This document shows, one piece after another, positions 61,467-64,000 of a DNA stretch of 64,000 bases. Source of the stretch: Cetorhinus maximus (Eukaryota); assembly GCF_964194155.1 (NCBI RefSeq), contig NC_135898.1, forward strand, positions 3,472,001-3,536,000, written 5' to 3'. The notes below the pieces were generated by a model that saw only the letters and a program-made list of their open reading frames with translations, did no database searches and was not told the DNA's origin. Position 1 is the first letter of the stretch. Each line of letters opens with the position of its first letter. Both the position numbers and the translations under genes were made by a program.

Positions 61467-63336
61467 CTGAGGAGTGATAAAAGCAACAGGAGGTTAATGT
61501 ACATCTCTATCAACCCACACCCCCCTTTCAACACTCAACTACCTGACACAGGTAAAACTCTCCAAGTACATACCACAGCGCGCAGCCCCAGCACCTGAAA
61601 ATTGTCAGTTTCTGAGTAGATTGAAATGTTAACACATCACAGAAAAATTTCTTGTTGGGATTTTGGCATCACAAATGAAGCTGGTATTGCCATAGACTGA
61701 AAACATGTGATTTTCTCTGCATGAAGCACTTGCTTGGTAAAATGCATTGTCAATCTTTGGAATTACAAGCAACACCCTTGTTACACTTCACACACTCGAG
61801 CATGTAACTGTCCTAATTATCAAGCTCTGACCTGTCTCTGTTCTTGGTCAGTAAGTTGCGTTCAATCCCTTCCATCAGGTTCTCAAAGCAGAGGTGCATG
61901 GCTTGCTGCTTCTCTGGAGGTTGGCTGTTCACTATGCTGTTCCTCAAATCAGCAAAATACTGTAGGAGGTGGTGAGATGGGGGGTGGTGGGAGGAGGAGG
62001 AAGAAACAAACAAATTGGGAGAAAGATTAGCATTAGCAACCTTGCTCACACACAGAGACAATCCTTTCCTGTGATATGGTTTCAAATGTGCCGGTTTCTA
62101 TTCCCCAGTGTAAAGAGATTTTAAAAAGCCTTAGTAGGTTGCACTCTCCCCTCTGAGTCACAAACTTGAGAGTTCAAGGCCCTCTTCAGGACTTGAGCAT
62201 GTGACCTAGGCTCACACTCCCCGTGCAATCCCGAGGGAGTGCTGCAGTGTTAAGTGTGACTTCAAGAAGAGATTTTAAACCAAGGCGGTATCTGCCATAA
62301 TCTGGCCGCTCTAGACAGTGGGCTGTTTGGCTGTGGAAGGCATTGCTCATGAGTACAGTCCTGCCTATAAACAACCAATATTAAGCAGGGGGCAGGGGGA
62401 GGGGATGGTAGTAGATAGGTGCTTTGGGTAGCAATCAAAGAAAGTGGTGATGGAGGCTTGGCAGAGACTAGCAAACTGCAGTAAAGGATGAGGTCTGCAC
62501 GTGCAGCAGCAGAATGAATGACTGCTCAAGCACGGGATGCATTTGGGGAAAATTTTAGACACAGCATGGATTTATTATTAACTTTGCTGCATAAAAAGCA
62601 GTTGGCCCTCACTGTCACAGCAGTGAGGCAACTCCAGCAGAGCAAACATTTGGCAGCATTAACAGTTAACCCTTCGCACTGTGCCTGAAACAGATTAAAA
62701 AACTGGGTGAAACAAGTTGAGTCATTTATGGGGCCATTGAGTCACAAAGGTCTGAGTTCAAAGTCCCAATCCAAGACTTGAGAATATCATCTAGGTTGAC
62801 GCTCAGTGCAATGCTGAGCGAGTGCTGCACTATTGGGGGCGACTTTAAGGTGGGATGTTCAGTCAAAGCCCTGTCTGCCAGTTCGGATGGATATAAAGAT
62901 CTTACTTGTAGAGCAGGGACGTCTCCCAGTGTCCCAGCTCCAAACAGATTACCTGGACTTTCATCTCATTTACTGCTATTGTGTTCGCCTGCATAACACT
63001 TCAGAAAGTCAGGACATGGCCGTGAAGTAGTTTGGGACATCACAAAGTGAATGACACAGCAAAAAAGCAATGTTTCTTCTTCTCCTGCCCCCTCTTGTTG
63101 AGGAATTCTAAGTGATGTACAGTGCACTAGGCAATGACTACCCTGGCGTCTTTCCAACATAGCCCACAAGTTCGTCCACATCTACTGGAGCCGCTCTTGT
63201 TGCCAAAGCTCGGAAATTTAATGGCCTCAGACCTCACCTTTTCATTTAGGAGAATTAATCCAAGCAGCGGGCGTGACATGGACCACTGATTTCTGCAGTC
63301 TTCAAAGATGATAATGTTCAGAACTGTGGACAGCAT
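61373..63336 (-). CDS. XPO7: Exportin-7 (XPO7), last three coding exons; gene starts beyond the right edge
   Basis: Exons 63336-63238, 61959-61832 and 61466-61373 give [33 protein letters not shown]|[43 protein letters not shown]|[30 protein letters not shown]. This is the XPO7-type C-terminus, not the RANBP17 type. Confidence 0.96.
61832..61959 (-). CDS. XPO7: XPO7 exon (128 nt)
   Basis: ctacag acceptor and gtcaga donor. Confidence 0.95.
63238..63336 (-). CDS. XPO7: XPO7 exon (99 nt)
   Basis: ctacag acceptor and gtgagg donor. Confidence 0.95.
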
Positions 63337-63469
63337 CTGTAGCAAGAACCCACAATATTAAGAGCTGGAAAAGGGTTCAGAGACATCAACATAAATCGAG
63401 AAGACAGCTGGAAGAAATTTTATGCACTGGGAACGAATCAAGTATAGGACATCGTACACCGTATGAGAA

Positions 63470-64000
63470 TCATACATTACAGAAGGAAGCTATTCAGTCC
63501 ATCTAGTCTGTGCCAGCTCTTTGATCAAGCTAACCATGTTAATCTCATTCCCACCCTTTCCTCATAGCCCTCCAAAGTTTTTTCTCTTTAAGTATTTATC
63601 CAGTTCTCTTTTGGATGTTAGCACTGAATCTGCCCCTGCCACCCTTTCAAGCACAGCATACCAGCACACATAAAAACAGGTTGTGTAAAACAGTTTTCCT
63701 CGTTGTGCCTTTGGTTCTTTTAAGTATCACCTTAAACTGTGTCTTATGGTTATGAGCCCTTCTGCTACTGGAAACAATTTCTCCTTTTTGTACTATCAGA
63801 AACATTCCCGAATTTCAATCAGTTCATCAAATTGCATTCTAATCGTTGCTGCTCAAGCAGGAGAAGAATCCCAGCTTCTCCGGTTTCTCCACTTAACCTG
63901 AAGTCCCTCATCCAGCGAAGTTGCTCCCCACCCCCTCCAAAGCCTTGACGCCCTTCCAGGAGTGCAGTGCCCAGAACTGGACACAAGACTCCAGCTGAGG
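63470..64000 (-). mobile_element. CR1-type LINE 3' fragment in an XPO7 intron
   Basis: The reverse complement begins cctcagctggagtcttgtgtccagttctggg ([11 protein letters not shown]-type motif) and ends in a CR1 tail. Confidence 0.75.

Noticed and set aside
61373-63336. RANBP17 assignment (which would make the F-box gene FBXW11)
   Set aside because: The C-terminus [34 protein letters not shown]...[13 protein letters not shown] is XPO7-type, and the nucleoplasmin neighbour is NPM2-type.

Overview
This is eukaryotic vertebrate genomic DNA, most likely from a cartilaginous fish (inferred from the CR1/HER1-type LINEs and tRNA-headed SINEs). The ORF track is mostly uninformative because the genes are spliced. 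Reading exons by hand gives four genes: NPM2/nucleoplasmin (- strand, 3 coding exons, runs off the left edge); a complete 12-coding-exon beta-TrCP F-box/WD40 gene (- strand, 538 aa); PBDC1 (+ strand, 6 coding exons, 190 aa, head-to-head with the beta-TrCP gene); and the last 3 coding exons of XPO7 (- strand, tail-to-tail with PBDC1). The main finding is that this intact beta-TrCP gene sits between XPO7 and NPM2, in the XPO7-NPM2-FGF17 paralogon, where human has no beta-TrCP. Its sequence mixes BTRC-like, FBXW11-like and private residues, so it is a candidate third vertebrate beta-TrCP ohnolog. Other notable items: a Penelope-like element with inverted terminal repeats carrying minimal hammerhead ribozyme motifs (the host-sense copy has the G5A inactivating change), a near full-length CR1 LINE plus an inverted copy of its 3' end bracketing a PBDC1 exon, a ~97-copy 31-bp minisatellite, G-rich minisatellites next to promoters, solo-LTR-like elements and an RTE LINE fragment. 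Protein comparisons were made from memory of the human and Xenopus sequences, not from a database search.
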